A DNA stretch of 64,000 bases from Candidatus Omnitrophota bacterium (lineage in GTDB: Bacteria; Omnitrophota; Gorgyraeia; 2-01-FULL-45-10): NCBI GenBank assembly GCA_030695905.1, contig JAUYOL010000001.1, positions 66,023 through 130,022 of the forward strand. Direction: 5' to 3'. Numbering within the stretch: position 1 is the stretch's first letter; the number at the start of each line of letters is the position of its first letter. Shown piece after piece: positions 49,314-58,347 of this stretch. A program made the position numbers and the translations under genes. Under the pieces are notes generated by a model. The model had not been told where the DNA came from. It made no database searches and was given only the letters and a program-made list of their open reading frames with translations.

Positions 49314-51689
49314 ATGGAAGTCGAGAGAAGAGTAGAGAAGAGATGGATCAGCGAGAATATTCCTGCCGAATTAAAGGATCTGCCGATCTGGGTTGGTTTT
49401 AAGTTTATTCCGCAGGAAGGTCAAAAGCCCCGCAAAGAGCCGTTCAATGCCGCGACCGGCGGCAAAGCCTGTTCGAATAATCCAAAAACATGGCGGTCAT
49501 TTGATGAGGTTATCGGAAGGGCCGAATCAATGCATTTTAATGCCATTGGGATTGGGCTTTCTGAGCCGTACGTTGGCGTAGACCTCGACCATTCCGTTGT
49601 TGATGGAGATATCCAGCCATGGGCCCAAAAGATCATATCGATCATCGATAGTTATACCGAATTCTCTCCCAGCAAAACAGGTGTTCATATTCTTTGTAAA
49701 GGTACGCTTCAAAAGGGACGCAAATTCAGCGCACTTAATATCGAAATGTATCAGAAGACCCGGTTTTTTACGGTTACCGGAGACGTTGTGCCTGAATGCA
49801 GGTCAGAGATCATGGATCGAAGCGGGCAGATCACGAAATTATTCGAAGAGTGTGAGCAGAAGGACAATGAGAAGAGGCAATCAAAATCAATCCTCGACCG
49901 CATATTGAAAAGCCAAGACGCGGAGAAGTTTCAGAAGCTTTTCTCGGGCCAGTGGCAGGATTTATATCCTTCTCAGTCTGAGGCAGACCTTGCGTTGTGC
50001 AACAAGCTGGCCTTTTGGACCGGCAAGGATCCGGCGCTTATGGATTCGCTCTTCCGTAAATCCGGCCTTATGAGGCTCAAGTGGGATGAGAAGCATTTCG
50101 GTGACGGCAGGACATACGGCCAGTCGGTAATAGAGAAAGCGATTAGCGGTTGCCGAGATGTTTATAGCGGCTCTCAAGAGATAACCACAAAACATAAACT
50201 TACACAGGGCGAGATCATCACCCGTGATTGTGAAGAGAAGATTACGGATTTCTTCAGGGATCAGCATGGCAATACTTTCGTCGTGCTTCCGGTTGAGGGC
50301 CACCTTGAGGTATGCCCGACATCAAGCGGTCGCTTTAGGAATTGGAAAGCAACACGTTTTCGTGAGAGGTTCGGTGTCCCGCCAAAAAACGAAGCCATTA
50401 TTCAGGCGCGGATTCAAGTGGAGGCGCGCTGTGGGTGCGGCAAGCAGGTGGAATTATTTAATCGTATAGGCTGGCATGAAGGCAAAATCTATTATGACCT
50501 TACTACTCCTGATTATCGTGGTGTAGCTATTGATGAAAACGGCTGGAATGTCGTCTTCTTACCGCCAATATTCAGGCGTTACCAGCATCAAGCACAGCAG
50601 GTCATTCCGGTTAATGACGGAGATCCGAAAGAGATCTTACGCTTTTGTAATGTGGGTCCGGATGATCACTGCCTTTTTATGGTCGCGATCGCGTCTTTCT
50701 TCATTCCGAACATCCCACATGTGATCATAAGCCAGACCGGCGAGCAGGGTTCCGGCAAGTCCAACAATTCCCGCAAGATCAAGGGTTTGGGCGACCCATC
50801 ACGCGTTATGCTCATCTCGACTCCAAAGGACTTGGAGCAGGCGCAGATGACGGCCGAGAAGCACTGGATCAGCACTTTCGACAATATCTCCAAAATTCAT
50901 GAATGGTTTAGCGACTTCCTGTGTCGTGGCGTTACCGGCGAGGGCGACATGAAGCGCAGTCTTTATACCAATGACGATGAGTTTATCCGGTCATACCGCC
51001 GTTGTTTTGTCTTAAACGGCATCGGCGTTTCAATGTGGCGCGGGGATTTGCTCGACCGCGCGGTTATCTTCGATATACCGGTCCTAAAGGATGCCCGGCC
51101 GGAGCGAGTCATGGATGACGAATGGCAAAAAGCCTTGCCCGGGATCCTCGGAGGCTTCTTTACAGCTATTTCAAAGGCTATGAGAACAGTTTCGCAAGTT
51201 ACCGGCCATGAGAAGTTCCGCATGGCCGATTTTGCCCAGTGGGGCGGCGCTCTGGCTCAAGAGCTCGGCTATTCGAGAGACGAATTCTTTAAGAAATATC
51301 AGGAATCCGTCAAAGGTAAATGGCAGGACACAGCCGAGGACAGCGTCTTTGCCAAAAAGATAATGGATCTTATGGATAGGCGCAACGGCTATTGGGAGGG
51401 TTCAGCGGCAGAGCTTTTGCATGAGATAACGCCGGATAGCGGTGAAGAGAAGGGCATACCCAAAACAGCCAAGTGGCTTTCAACTGAGCTGGTGCGTATC
51501 GCTCCGGTCATGCGTAATGTTGGGGTTGATATTGTGAAGAATGAGAAGCGCGAGCCGGGCACCGGCAGGCGTATCTTTATACTTAAAAGAACAGGGCCAA
51601 AGAGCTGTGAGGATCGGTGTGAGCAGAGTGTGAGCAGCGGCTTGTTTTGTGAGGATCGCGTGGGGGTAGACAGTGATCGGCCGTTCTGA
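49314..51689 (+). CDS. NrS-1-type primase-polymerase fused to SF3-like helicase
   Basis: IPAELK..W, GVDLDH, YTEFSPSKTGVH, IEMY..RFFTVTG, SQSEADLAL..LAFW, GEQGSGKS, FDN. Confidence 0.88.
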   Translation: MEVERRVEKRWISENIPAELKDLPIWVGFKFIPQEGQKPRKEPFNAATGGKACSNNPKTWRSFDEVIGRAESMHFNAIGIGLSEPYVGVDLDHSVVDGDIQPWAQKIISIIDSYTEFSPSKTGVHILCKGTLQKGRKFSALNIEMYQKTRFFTVTGDVVPECRSEIMDRSGQITKLFEECEQKDNEKRQSKSILDRILKSQDAEKFQKLFSGQWQDLYPSQSEADLALCNKLAFWTGKDPALMDSLFRKSGLMRLKWDEKHFGDGRTYGQSVIEKAISGCRDVYSGSQEITTKHKLTQGEIITRDCEEKITDFFRDQHGNTFVVLPVEGHLEVCPTSSGRFRNWKATRFRERFGVPPKNEAIIQARIQVEARCGCGKQVELFNRIGWHEGKIYYDLTTPDYRGVAIDENGWNVVFLPPIFRRYQHQAQQVIPVNDGDPKEILRFCNVGPDDHCLFMVAIASFFIPNIPHVIISQTGEQGSGKSNNSRKIKGLGDPSRVMLISTPKDLEQAQMTAEKHWISTFDNISKIHEWFSDFLCRGVTGEGDMKRSLYTNDDEFIRSYRRCFVLNGIGVSMWRGDLLDRAVIFDIPVLKDARPERVMDDEWQKALPGILGGFFTAISKAMRTVSQVTGHEKFRMADFAQWGGALAQELGYSRDEFFKKYQESVKGKWQDTAEDSVFAKKIMDLMDRRNGYWEGSAAELLHEITPDSGEEKGIPKTAKWLSTELVRIAPVMRNVGVDIVKNEKREPGTGRRIFILKRTGPKSCEDRCEQSVSSGLFCEDRVGVDSDRPF

Positions 51690-51901
51690 AAGCGTGAGCT
51701 TGCTCACGAACCTCACACTTGCTCACAGCCCTGCTCACAGGGAGAACCTACGGATTATCAATGGGTTAGGCGATTTTGTGAGGTTTGTGAGGCTATTTCT
51801 CTAAAGTGTATAAGATAAAAATATTTAATATAAATAGGTGTATTGCTCACACAAAGGACGCAGGTATAAGGAGAGGGATTTTTGCCTCACAATGCTCACA
51901 A
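51606..51901. repeat. Putative replication origin: GTGAG/CTCAC iterons around an AT-rich core
   Basis: More than a dozen (T)GTGAG or CTCAC(A) units in both orientations, IHF-like TATCAATGGGTTA at 51756-51768, AT-rich 51800-51845. Confidence 0.75.
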
Positions 51902-51918
51902 CGAAAGGAGAAGTGGTC

Positions 51919-52116
51919 ATGGATAAGGCATGGAATAAGGCTTGTAAAAGGATGGCGGAGCAGGGTAACCGAGAGGTTAAGGCGCACGGCAGGCGATGGG
52001 ACAAGAAGCTTAAAAGGTTGGCAAGTAAGTGGAACGCATCGGCTTCGGGGTCCCTCCAGGGGGGTGTCGGCCGAGGGTCAGGCGAGGCGAAGTCTGTGAG
52101 TGATGTCAGTTTTTGA
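51919..52116 (+). CDS. Small basic hypothetical protein overlapping cos-like copy 3
   Basis: AAAGGAGA RBS then MDKAWNKACKRM... Confidence 0.5.
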   Translation: MDKAWNKACKRMAEQGNREVKAHGRRWDKKLKRLASKWNASASGSLQGGVGRGSGEAKSVSDVSF

Positions 52117-52130
52117 AAATGTCGTGTCGT
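52046..52130 (+). other. cos-like site, copy 3
   Basis: GGGTCCC-N21-GGTCAGGCGAGG-CG followed by GTGAGTGATGTCAGTTTTTGAAAATGTCGTGTC, similar to the sequence after copy 1. Confidence 0.6.
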
Positions 52131-52213
52131 GGTCGCATAGGCTGTTTTTGTGCTCAAGGCCACGACAAAACCGGACATTTGCGATGTCCGAATGTCCTAT
52201 TGCGTAATAAACT

Positions 52214-52402
52214 ATGACAAAATTATTTTCACCTCAAGAATTGTCCGAAGTTTTAAATATAAGCATCGAGACCGTCTATGCGTGGACGTCTCAGAAGAGG
52301 ATCCCGTATATCAAAATGGGCAGGCTTGTTCGGTTTAATATGGATGAGGTGAATAAGTGGCTTGAAAGGCAGAGGGTAATGCCATATGAGGGCGAGGGAT
52401 GA
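52214..52402 (+). CDS. AlpA/excisionase-like HTH_17 protein
   Basis: LFSPQELSEVLNISIETVYAW...IPYIKMGRLVRF; upstream of integrase. Confidence 0.88.
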   Translation: MTKLFSPQELSEVLNISIETVYAWTSQKRIPYIKMGRLVRFNMDEVNKWLERQRVMPYEGEG

Positions 52403-52468
52403 GGGAAAAATGGGACAGTCCCAATCAACGCTTAATAGATGCTTTTGGGACAGTCCCTATTTTTCCTT
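52402..52468. repeat. Long hairpin with two GGGACAGTCCC palindromes (REP-like)
   Basis: GGAAAAATGGGACAGTCCC...GGGACAGTCCCTATTTTTCC. Confidence 0.65.
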
Positions 52469-52512
52469 AACTACTTGCCAACTCGCAGAAAATATGGCTA
52501 TATACACATACT

Positions 52513-53616
52513 ATGATATATAAACGAGGCAAAACATGGTACATAGGTTACTCCGCTAACGGGCGGTTGATGCGGGAAGCGGTTGGTGAGTCGCGGAAAT
52601 TCGCCGAGCTTGTTCTTGGCAAGAAACGGGCCGAGGTCAGAGAGGGCCGTTTCCTCGATGTCAAGAAACACGCGAAGATCAAGTTTGAGGATTTCGCTAA
52701 GACATTTGTGGAGCTCCATTCAAAGGTTAATAAAAGGCCCAGAGTCGCCAAGAGAGACGAACAACTCATAAAACGCCTGTCCGGGCATTTCGCGGGCAAG
52801 TATCTGTACGAGATAACATCCAAGCAGATAGAAGAATATAAAAAAGTCCGTAAAGAGACTAAGCTCAAGGATAAGTTTATTGCCGCGGCGACCGTAAACA
52901 GAGAATTGGCATGTCTCAAGTGCATGTTTAATAAAGCGATCGAATGGGGCAAGGCAGATGAGAACCCTGTCCGTAAGGTGAAGTTATTTAAAGAGAATAA
53001 TAAACGCTTGAGGTTTCTTGAAAGAGAAGAGATACCAAAGTTCTTGGATAGCGCGGCCCCGCATCTAAAGCCGATCCTGATAGTCGCATTATTTACCGGT
53101 ATGCGTAAGTCGGAGATCCTGACTCTCCAATGGAAGAATATCAACTTTGGGCAGGGCATAATATATTTGCTCCACACTAAGAATGGCGAGCGCAGAGAAG
53201 TGCTGATGAACGATATCGTCAAAAAGACACTTATTGCCGTTCCTAAAAATCCCAGCAGCCCATATATATTCTGTCACGAGGACGGTAAGCCCTACCTGAA
53301 TGTCCGAAAATCTTTTGACGCAGTTTTGAAAAAATGTGATATAATTGACTTCAAATTCCACGATCTGAGGCACACATTCGCCTCGCACCTAGTTATGTTC
53401 GGTATAGACATAAAGACAGTGCAGGAGCTGATGGGCCATAAGTCCATTGAGATGACGCTCCGCTATTCGCATCTATCGCCGGATCACAAAAAGAGGGCCG
53501 TGGAGATCTTAGGAAATAGAATTAGCACAAATATAGCACAAACGCCTAAAACGGCAAATACAAGCGAGATAGGCGAATCGCCTAACTCGTTGAAAGAATT
53601 AGAGTTAGTGCATTAA
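52513..53616 (+). CDS. int: Tyrosine recombinase/integrase
   Basis: TVNREL, TGMRKSE, TKN, HDLRHTFAS, MGH, RYSHL, catalytic set intact; ends 1 nt before the tRNA. Confidence 0.96.
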   Translation: MIYKRGKTWYIGYSANGRLMREAVGESRKFAELVLGKKRAEVREGRFLDVKKHAKIKFEDFAKTFVELHSKVNKRPRVAKRDEQLIKRLSGHFAGKYLYEITSKQIEEYKKVRKETKLKDKFIAAATVNRELACLKCMFNKAIEWGKADENPVRKVKLFKENNKRLRFLEREEIPKFLDSAAPHLKPILIVALFTGMRKSEILTLQWKNINFGQGIIYLLHTKNGERREVLMNDIVKKTLIAVPKNPSSPYIFCHEDGKPYLNVRKSFDAVLKKCDIIDFKFHDLRHTFASHLVMFGIDIKTVQELMGHKSIEMTLRYSHLSPDHKKRAVEILGNRISTNIAQTPKTANTSEIGESPNSLKELELVH

Positions 53617-53617
53617 T

Positions 53618-53693
53618 GCTGGCGTAGCTCAGTTGGTAGAGCAGCGGTTTCGTAAACCGCAGGTCGATGGTTCAACTCCATTCGCCAGCTCCA
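53618..53693 (+). tRNA. tRNA-Thr(CGT), reconstituted at the right att site
   Basis: GCTGGCG/CGCCAGC stem, GCGGT-TTCGTAA-ACCGC, CCA. Confidence 0.95.
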
Positions 53694-53706
53694 TATATCG
53701 TTTCTT

Positions 53707-54447
53707 ATGAAGATAATATTTCTTGGCACAAACGGATGGTATGATACCGAAACAGGAAGCACGCCCTGTATTCTTATCGAAACGGTAGATCGGTTTATCG
53801 TTCTCGATGCGGGGTTTGGTTTTTATAAAGTGAAAAAATATGTAACTTCCAAAAAACCGGTTAGTCTTTTTATCAGCCATCTTCATTATGACCACCTGAT
53901 AGGACTACATACGCTGCCCATCTTTAAACTGGACCAGGGAATAGATATTTACGCGAACAAAATTATAATGAAAGGGCTGAAATCTTTTCTCAAGAGGCCG
54001 TATACCTCGCCGGTCCTTCTGCTTCCGACAAAAGTGCGGTTTCATACGATCACAGGAGATGCCGATTCTCCCGTAAAATTTGAAACGGCAAGAATGCGCC
54101 ATTCGGTTCCCTGCCATGGGTATAAATTTTATATAGAAGGCAAGACGGTTACTTATTGCACCGACACAGGATTATGTAATGGCCTGGAGAAGCTTGCCGG
54201 AGGCGCGGACTTGCTGATCACCGAATGCGCGATGGCGCCCGGAGATAAATCACCCAACATCTTCCATATAACCCCGGAGACCGCGGCGGAAGTTGCCGCG
54301 CGGGCCGGGGCAAAAAAATTGGCTCTGTGCCATTTCGATCCCGCAAAATATCCTACGATAGATAGCCGTAAGTGCGCACAGGACGTGGCCAAGGCTATTT
54401 TTAAAGAGACGGTTGCGACAAGCGATGGCATGGTTGTAGAAGTTTAA
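53707..54447 (+). CDS. MBL-fold metallo-hydrolase (RNase Z/BN-like)
   Basis: FLGT, DAG, SHLHYDH, YCTDT, LITEC, LCHF. Confidence 0.85.
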   Translation: MKIIFLGTNGWYDTETGSTPCILIETVDRFIVLDAGFGFYKVKKYVTSKKPVSLFISHLHYDHLIGLHTLPIFKLDQGIDIYANKIIMKGLKSFLKRPYTSPVLLLPTKVRFHTITGDADSPVKFETARMRHSVPCHGYKFYIEGKTVTYCTDTGLCNGLEKLAGGADLLITECAMAPGDKSPNIFHITPETAAEVAARAGAKKLALCHFDPAKYPTIDSRKCAQDVAKAIFKETVATSDGMVVEV

Positions 54448-54479
54448 GCTAATAACACCGCGTCGGTGCACAATAAAAT

Positions 54480-55733
54480 ATGACTAAATTCAGAGATGTT
54501 CTCAAGGACCGCAACTTTTTCTGCCTTTGGCTCGCGCAGATAATATCAAACTTCGGCGACAGGCTGACACAGATGGCGCTGGTCGCGCTCATTTATCAGC
54601 GCACACCGGGAAACACGGTGGCGCTGGCCAAGCTAATATCCTTTACCGTTATACCGGTATTTTTGATCGGGCCCATCGCGGGAGCGTGGGTCGACAGGCT
54701 CAACAAGAGAAACGTGATGATAATTTCCGATCTGTTGAGAGGGATACTGATACTGACCATACCGTTCTTCATACTATCTAAACAGATAATTCCTATATAT
54801 CTCGCGATATTCCTGGCGTTTTCCATCTCCAGATTCTTTATTCCGTCAAAGATGGCGATAATACCGGAACTCGTATCGAAAGACAAGCTTCTTGTGGCGA
54901 ATACTCTTGCCGACACGACTCATATGGTCGGTAATGTGCTTGGGCTGGTGGTGGCCGGTATACTCGTGAATATAAGGTTTATCGGCGCGATAGGCGGGTT
55001 CTACATAGACGCGGCCACTTTTTTTGTTTCGGCGGCATTTATAACTATGATAGCGCAGAAAGAATTTGTTACGCATGTGGCCGAGGATATCAAAGTAACA
55101 CGGAAAGCACTTGAAAACTCTATCCGCAAGTCAATATTCGAGGAGATAAAGGACGGAATAAGATATTTAATGCAATACAACGAAATGCATTTTATAGTCT
55201 ACGTATTTTTTCTTCTTATGGCGGGCCTCGGGGCCATATCGTGCGTCGTAATAGTATTTATTCAGGAGTCTTTTGGTACGGCTACACTCGATCTGGGCTT
55301 AATAGGGCTTTTCCTGGTAGGCGGATTGTTGTTGGGCGCGCTCATCTACGGTAAGCTTGGCCAAAAACTGGAAAAGAAAAAGGCCATATTGATAAGTTTT
55401 ATTACTACGGGTATAGCGTTGATGCTGTTTACTTTTTTTGTGAGGAAATGTCCCAACGTTCTTGTAAGCGGCATCCTATCAGGCCTTATAGGGATGGCCG
55501 CAAGCCCGATAATGACTTCTGTAAATACTCTTACACATGAGACTATGCCCGAAGAAGCTCGCGGCAGGACTTTCAGCTCGCTGGAAGCGGTAATACATCT
55601 GGCATTTTTAGTATTTATGTTTATGGCGGCTTATGCGGCAAAATACGTGGATAGGTTCTGGATATTGATAGCAGTAGGCGCTATATTCGCAATATGCGGT
55701 TTATTGGGCACGGTATTGAAGTCGAAAGATTAA
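54480..55733 (+). CDS. MFS transporter (DHA3/EntS-like)
   Basis: LWLAQIISNFGD, AGAWVDR.NKR, 12-TM hydrophobic pattern. Confidence 0.88.
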   Translation: MTKFRDVLKDRNFFCLWLAQIISNFGDRLTQMALVALIYQRTPGNTVALAKLISFTVIPVFLIGPIAGAWVDRLNKRNVMIISDLLRGILILTIPFFILSKQIIPIYLAIFLAFSISRFFIPSKMAIIPELVSKDKLLVANTLADTTHMVGNVLGLVVAGILVNIRFIGAIGGFYIDAATFFVSAAFITMIAQKEFVTHVAEDIKVTRKALENSIRKSIFEEIKDGIRYLMQYNEMHFIVYVFFLLMAGLGAISCVVIVFIQESFGTATLDLGLIGLFLVGGLLLGALIYGKLGQKLEKKKAILISFITTGIALMLFTFFVRKCPNVLVSGILSGLIGMAASPIMTSVNTLTHETMPEEARGRTFSSLEAVIHLAFLVFMFMAAYAAKYVDRFWILIAVGAIFAICGLLGTVLKSKD

Positions 55734-55746
55734 CGCTTTTGAAGGG

Positions 55747-55920
55747 TTATTTTGACTTGAAATCCCTGTCGTGCTTGCCTTTTTCAGCGGAGCAGACCCT
55801 GAAGTAGTTGCATACCGGGCAGCAGATATTCTCTTCTCCCTTTTCCCCGCGATACCATTTGGTTTCACAGGTCCAGTAGACCTGGCATGTTTCGCAGCAG
55901 CTCATCTTGGGATTGGGCAT
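55747..55920 (-). CDS. Small Cys-rich protein, 57 aa (absent from ORF track)
   Basis: AAGGAG RBS; MPNPKMSCCETCQVYWTCETKWYRGEKGEENICCPVCNYFRVCSAEKGKHDRDFKSK. Confidence 0.7.
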   Translation of the reverse strand: MPNPKMSCCETCQVYWTCETKWYRGEKGEENICCPVCNYFRVCSAEKGKHDRDFKSK

Positions 55921-56041
55921 AGCTTTGAATCTCCTTCAGAACCTAAAATACATTATATGTATATAATTGTCAATAAAATTCGAAAGTGCAATAAGAATTC
56001 GCTTGGATTTTTTCTACCGATGATATATAATCTGCTTCATA

Positions 56042-56290
56042 ATGGACCAGGCCGATAAACGTAAATCCGATCTTTATAAGTGGATCAAGATAGGCGGGCT
56101 TCTATCGTTTCTGCCGTTTGTGCTCGTTTCAGGGCCCATGGCGGGTTATTTTTTAGGAAACTATCTGGAAAAAAAATTCAACCTGCCTTTTTATGTATCG
56201 ATCGCTCTTATAACGATAGGTTTCGCCGCAAGTATAAAAGAGACGATAAAAATAGTCAAAATGGCTTTGCGGACGCAGGAGAAGGCTTAA
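56042..56290 (+). CDS. AtpZ/AtpI-family protein
   Basis: Two TM with GYFLGNYLE motif; first gene of atp operon. Confidence 0.8.
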   Translation: MDQADKRKSDLYKWIKIGGLLSFLPFVLVSGPMAGYFLGNYLEKKFNLPFYVSIALITIGFAASIKETIKIVKMALRTQEKA

Positions 56291-56291
56291 A

Positions 56292-57047
56292 ATGCATCAC
56301 GGTGAGATACCAAACCTTGTAACTATTTTAGCGGGACACCTTAAATCGGGCAATATAGCCCAGTATCTTTATCGGTGGGAAAATATAATATTTTCCGTAA
56401 TAGCGCTTTCTATAATATCCATCGTAGCTTATTTGGCTTACAGAAAAATCAATTTAATGCCATCCAGGCTTCAGGGGGCTTTTGAACTTTTTGTGGCAGG
56501 CGTAGATGATTTTGTGTGCGGCATAATAGGCCATAAGGGCAGGCAGTACACGCCATTTATCGGGACGCTCTTTATATACATACTTTTTATGAACCTTCTT
56601 AGCTTAGTTCCTTTCATGAAATCTCCCACTACCAGTTGGTCCATAACGCTGGCGCTTGCCGTGGTAGTTTTTTTCTATGTTCAATATGCCGGAATAAAAG
56701 AACTGGGATTTTTAGGATATATAGACCATATGTTAGGCAAGCCCAGAGGCATAATGGCGATATCTGTTGTAATGCCGCTTATGATGCTGTTTCTCCATGT
56801 GGTATCGGAATTGGTGCGTCCGATAAGCTTATCGCTTCGTCTGCGCAGCAATATATGGGGAGACGACATGCTGCTTTCATTGATGGCGGGTTTCGGGATC
56901 AAAGGCATACCGCTGCTTTTATTTAACAGTGTGCTGGCGCTCCTTGCGTCAGTGGTGCAGGCTACAGTTTTTTGCCTTTTGACCACAATATACTTCGCGC
57001 TCGTTTTGTCGCACGAAGAAGAAGAGAAAATAGGGCCCCTAACATAG
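56292..57047 (+). CDS. atpB: ATP synthase Fo subunit a
   Basis: PSRLQ, RPISLSLRL, VQATVF.LLT.IY. Confidence 0.95.
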   Translation: MHHGEIPNLVTILAGHLKSGNIAQYLYRWENIIFSVIALSIISIVAYLAYRKINLMPSRLQGAFELFVAGVDDFVCGIIGHKGRQYTPFIGTLFIYILFMNLLSLVPFMKSPTTSWSITLALAVVVFFYVQYAGIKELGFLGYIDHMLGKPRGIMAISVVMPLMMLFLHVVSELVRPISLSLRLRSNIWGDDMLLSLMAGFGIKGIPLLLFNSVLALLASVVQATVFCLLTTIYFALVLSHEEEEKIGPLT

Positions 57048-57068
57048 TAATAACAAAGGAGGTGACAC

Positions 57069-57299
57069 ATGGATTACAAAGCAGTTCTCGCGATAGGATT
57101 ACCTATCGGATTGGGTATAGTAGGTTTCGGCTCCGCGATAGCGCTGGGCAAAGCCGTTGCGTCCGCGATGGAAGCTACCGGCAGGCAGCCAGAGGCATCA
57201 ACGAAGATTTTGATAAACATGGCTACAGGCTGCGCATTTATCGAAGCGCTTACAATTTACGCGCTTGTATTTGTGTTTGGTCTTGCCGGGAAGATTTAA
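57069..57299 (+). CDS. atpE: ATP synthase Fo subunit c
   Basis: RQPE loop, FIEALTIY. Confidence 0.95.
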   Translation: MDYKAVLAIGLPIGLGIVGFGSAIALGKAVASAMEATGRQPEASTKILINMATGCAFIEALTIYALVFVFGLAGKI

Positions 57300-57315
57300 T
57301 TAAGGGATTCGCTTA

Positions 57316-57813
57316 ATGGAGCTATTAAAACTTTTAGACACCAGCCAAATAATCGCGCAGGCTATCAGTTTTCTCATACTGTTTTTTATATTGCGCGTTA
57401 TCGTATGGAAACGCTTCCTTAAAGTTCTTGACGACAGGAAGGAAAAAATATCTTCCGAATTCAAGAGCATAGAGGACTCCAAAGATGAGGTTGAGCAGCT
57501 TAAATCGGATTACAAGGCTCGAATAGACAATATAGACGAGATAGCGAAGGTCAGGCTCGAGGAGGCGGTGTCGGAAGGTAGGCGCATAGCGGAGGAAATA
57601 AGAGAGAACGCCAATGCGGAGGCTCTGCAGATTATCGAAAAGACCGACGAGGCCATAAAGTCGGAGCTTTCCAGGGCCAGAGAAGAGTTTAGGGATGATA
57701 TAGTGGATATAGCTATAACCGCTGCCGGAAAAGTTATAGAAGAAAAATTGACTGAAAGCGAAGACAAGAAGATAGTCGAAGATTTTTTAAAGAGGCTTGA
57801 TAGGGCGACATGA
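57316..57813 (+). CDS. atpF: ATP synthase Fo subunit b
   Basis: N-terminal TM, LDDRKEKI coiled coil, operon position. Confidence 0.92.
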   Translation: MELLKLLDTSQIIAQAISFLILFFILRVIVWKRFLKVLDDRKEKISSEFKSIEDSKDEVEQLKSDYKARIDNIDEIAKVRLEEAVSEGRRIAEEIRENANAEALQIIEKTDEAIKSELSRAREEFRDDIVDIAITAAGKVIEEKLTESEDKKIVEDFLKRLDRAT

Positions 57814-58346
57814 CCTTAATAAAAAGATATGCCGAAGGCTTTTTGGAATACGCTAAGGAGACTATAGGTTCCCAGAGGGCCATGGAAGAGATGAAAGCAG
57901 CGAAAGATGTTTTTCGCGACAATCCGGAGTTTAAAGAATTTCTGGAGAATCCGGCGATAAATTATATCGAGAAGTGCGGTGTTATAGACAGGACTCTTGC
58001 AACGAGTTTTTCGCAGGAGATGCGGAATTTCTTAAAGCTTCTTTTAAAAAAATCCCGGATAGATAAATTTTCTGAAATTGCTGAGTATGTCAGGATAAAA
58101 TATGCGCATGGGGAAAAATCCAGTGCCTTGCTGTATACCAGTTATCTTATGGGCACCGAATTTTTGGAAAAGTTTAAAAATGCGCTCGAGAATAAATTGC
58201 GCGTGAAACTGCAGCTTTATGTAAATCTGGCTCCTGATATGCTTGGGGGCGTGCGTGTGATTTTCGGCAACAAGATATTGGATGGTTCCGTGAGGAAACG
58301 CCTTGAAGACGTAAAACGAAAACTATTAGCCGCAAAGGTGGCATAA
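57810..58346 (+). CDS. atpH: ATP synthase F1 subunit delta
   Basis: RYAEG, NFLKLL, LGG...DGSV. Confidence 0.92.
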   Translation: MTLIKRYAEGFLEYAKETIGSQRAMEEMKAAKDVFRDNPEFKEFLENPAINYIEKCGVIDRTLATSFSQEMRNFLKLLLKKSRIDKFSEIAEYVRIKYAHGEKSSALLYTSYLMGTEFLEKFKNALENKLRVKLQLYVNLAPDMLGGVRVIFGNKILDGSVRKRLEDVKRKLLAAKVA

Positions 58347-58347
58347 A

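Larger units (their letters stand above)
30551..53655 (+). mobile_element. Integrated PICI-like phage satellite/defence island (~23.1 kb) in tRNA-Thr(CGT)
   Basis: 38-bp perfect direct repeats at both ends, integrase abutting right att, AlpA-like HTH, primase-helicase, iterons, no structural phage genes. Confidence 0.9.

Noticed and set aside
30551-53655. Complete prophage or conjugative ICE
   Set aside because: No terminase, portal, capsid, tail, lysis, relaxase or T4SS genes recognised
55771-56058. Plus-strand 95-aa ORF, or 6S RNA, upstream of the atp operon
   Set aside because: The minus strand has a better-supported Cys-rich ORF with an RBS; no convincing 6S-like long hairpin found by eye
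57069-57299. Na+-translocating or N-type ATPase
   Set aside because: c subunit lacks the Gln and Glu-Ser-Thr signature, and gene order is the standard atpIBEFHAGDC
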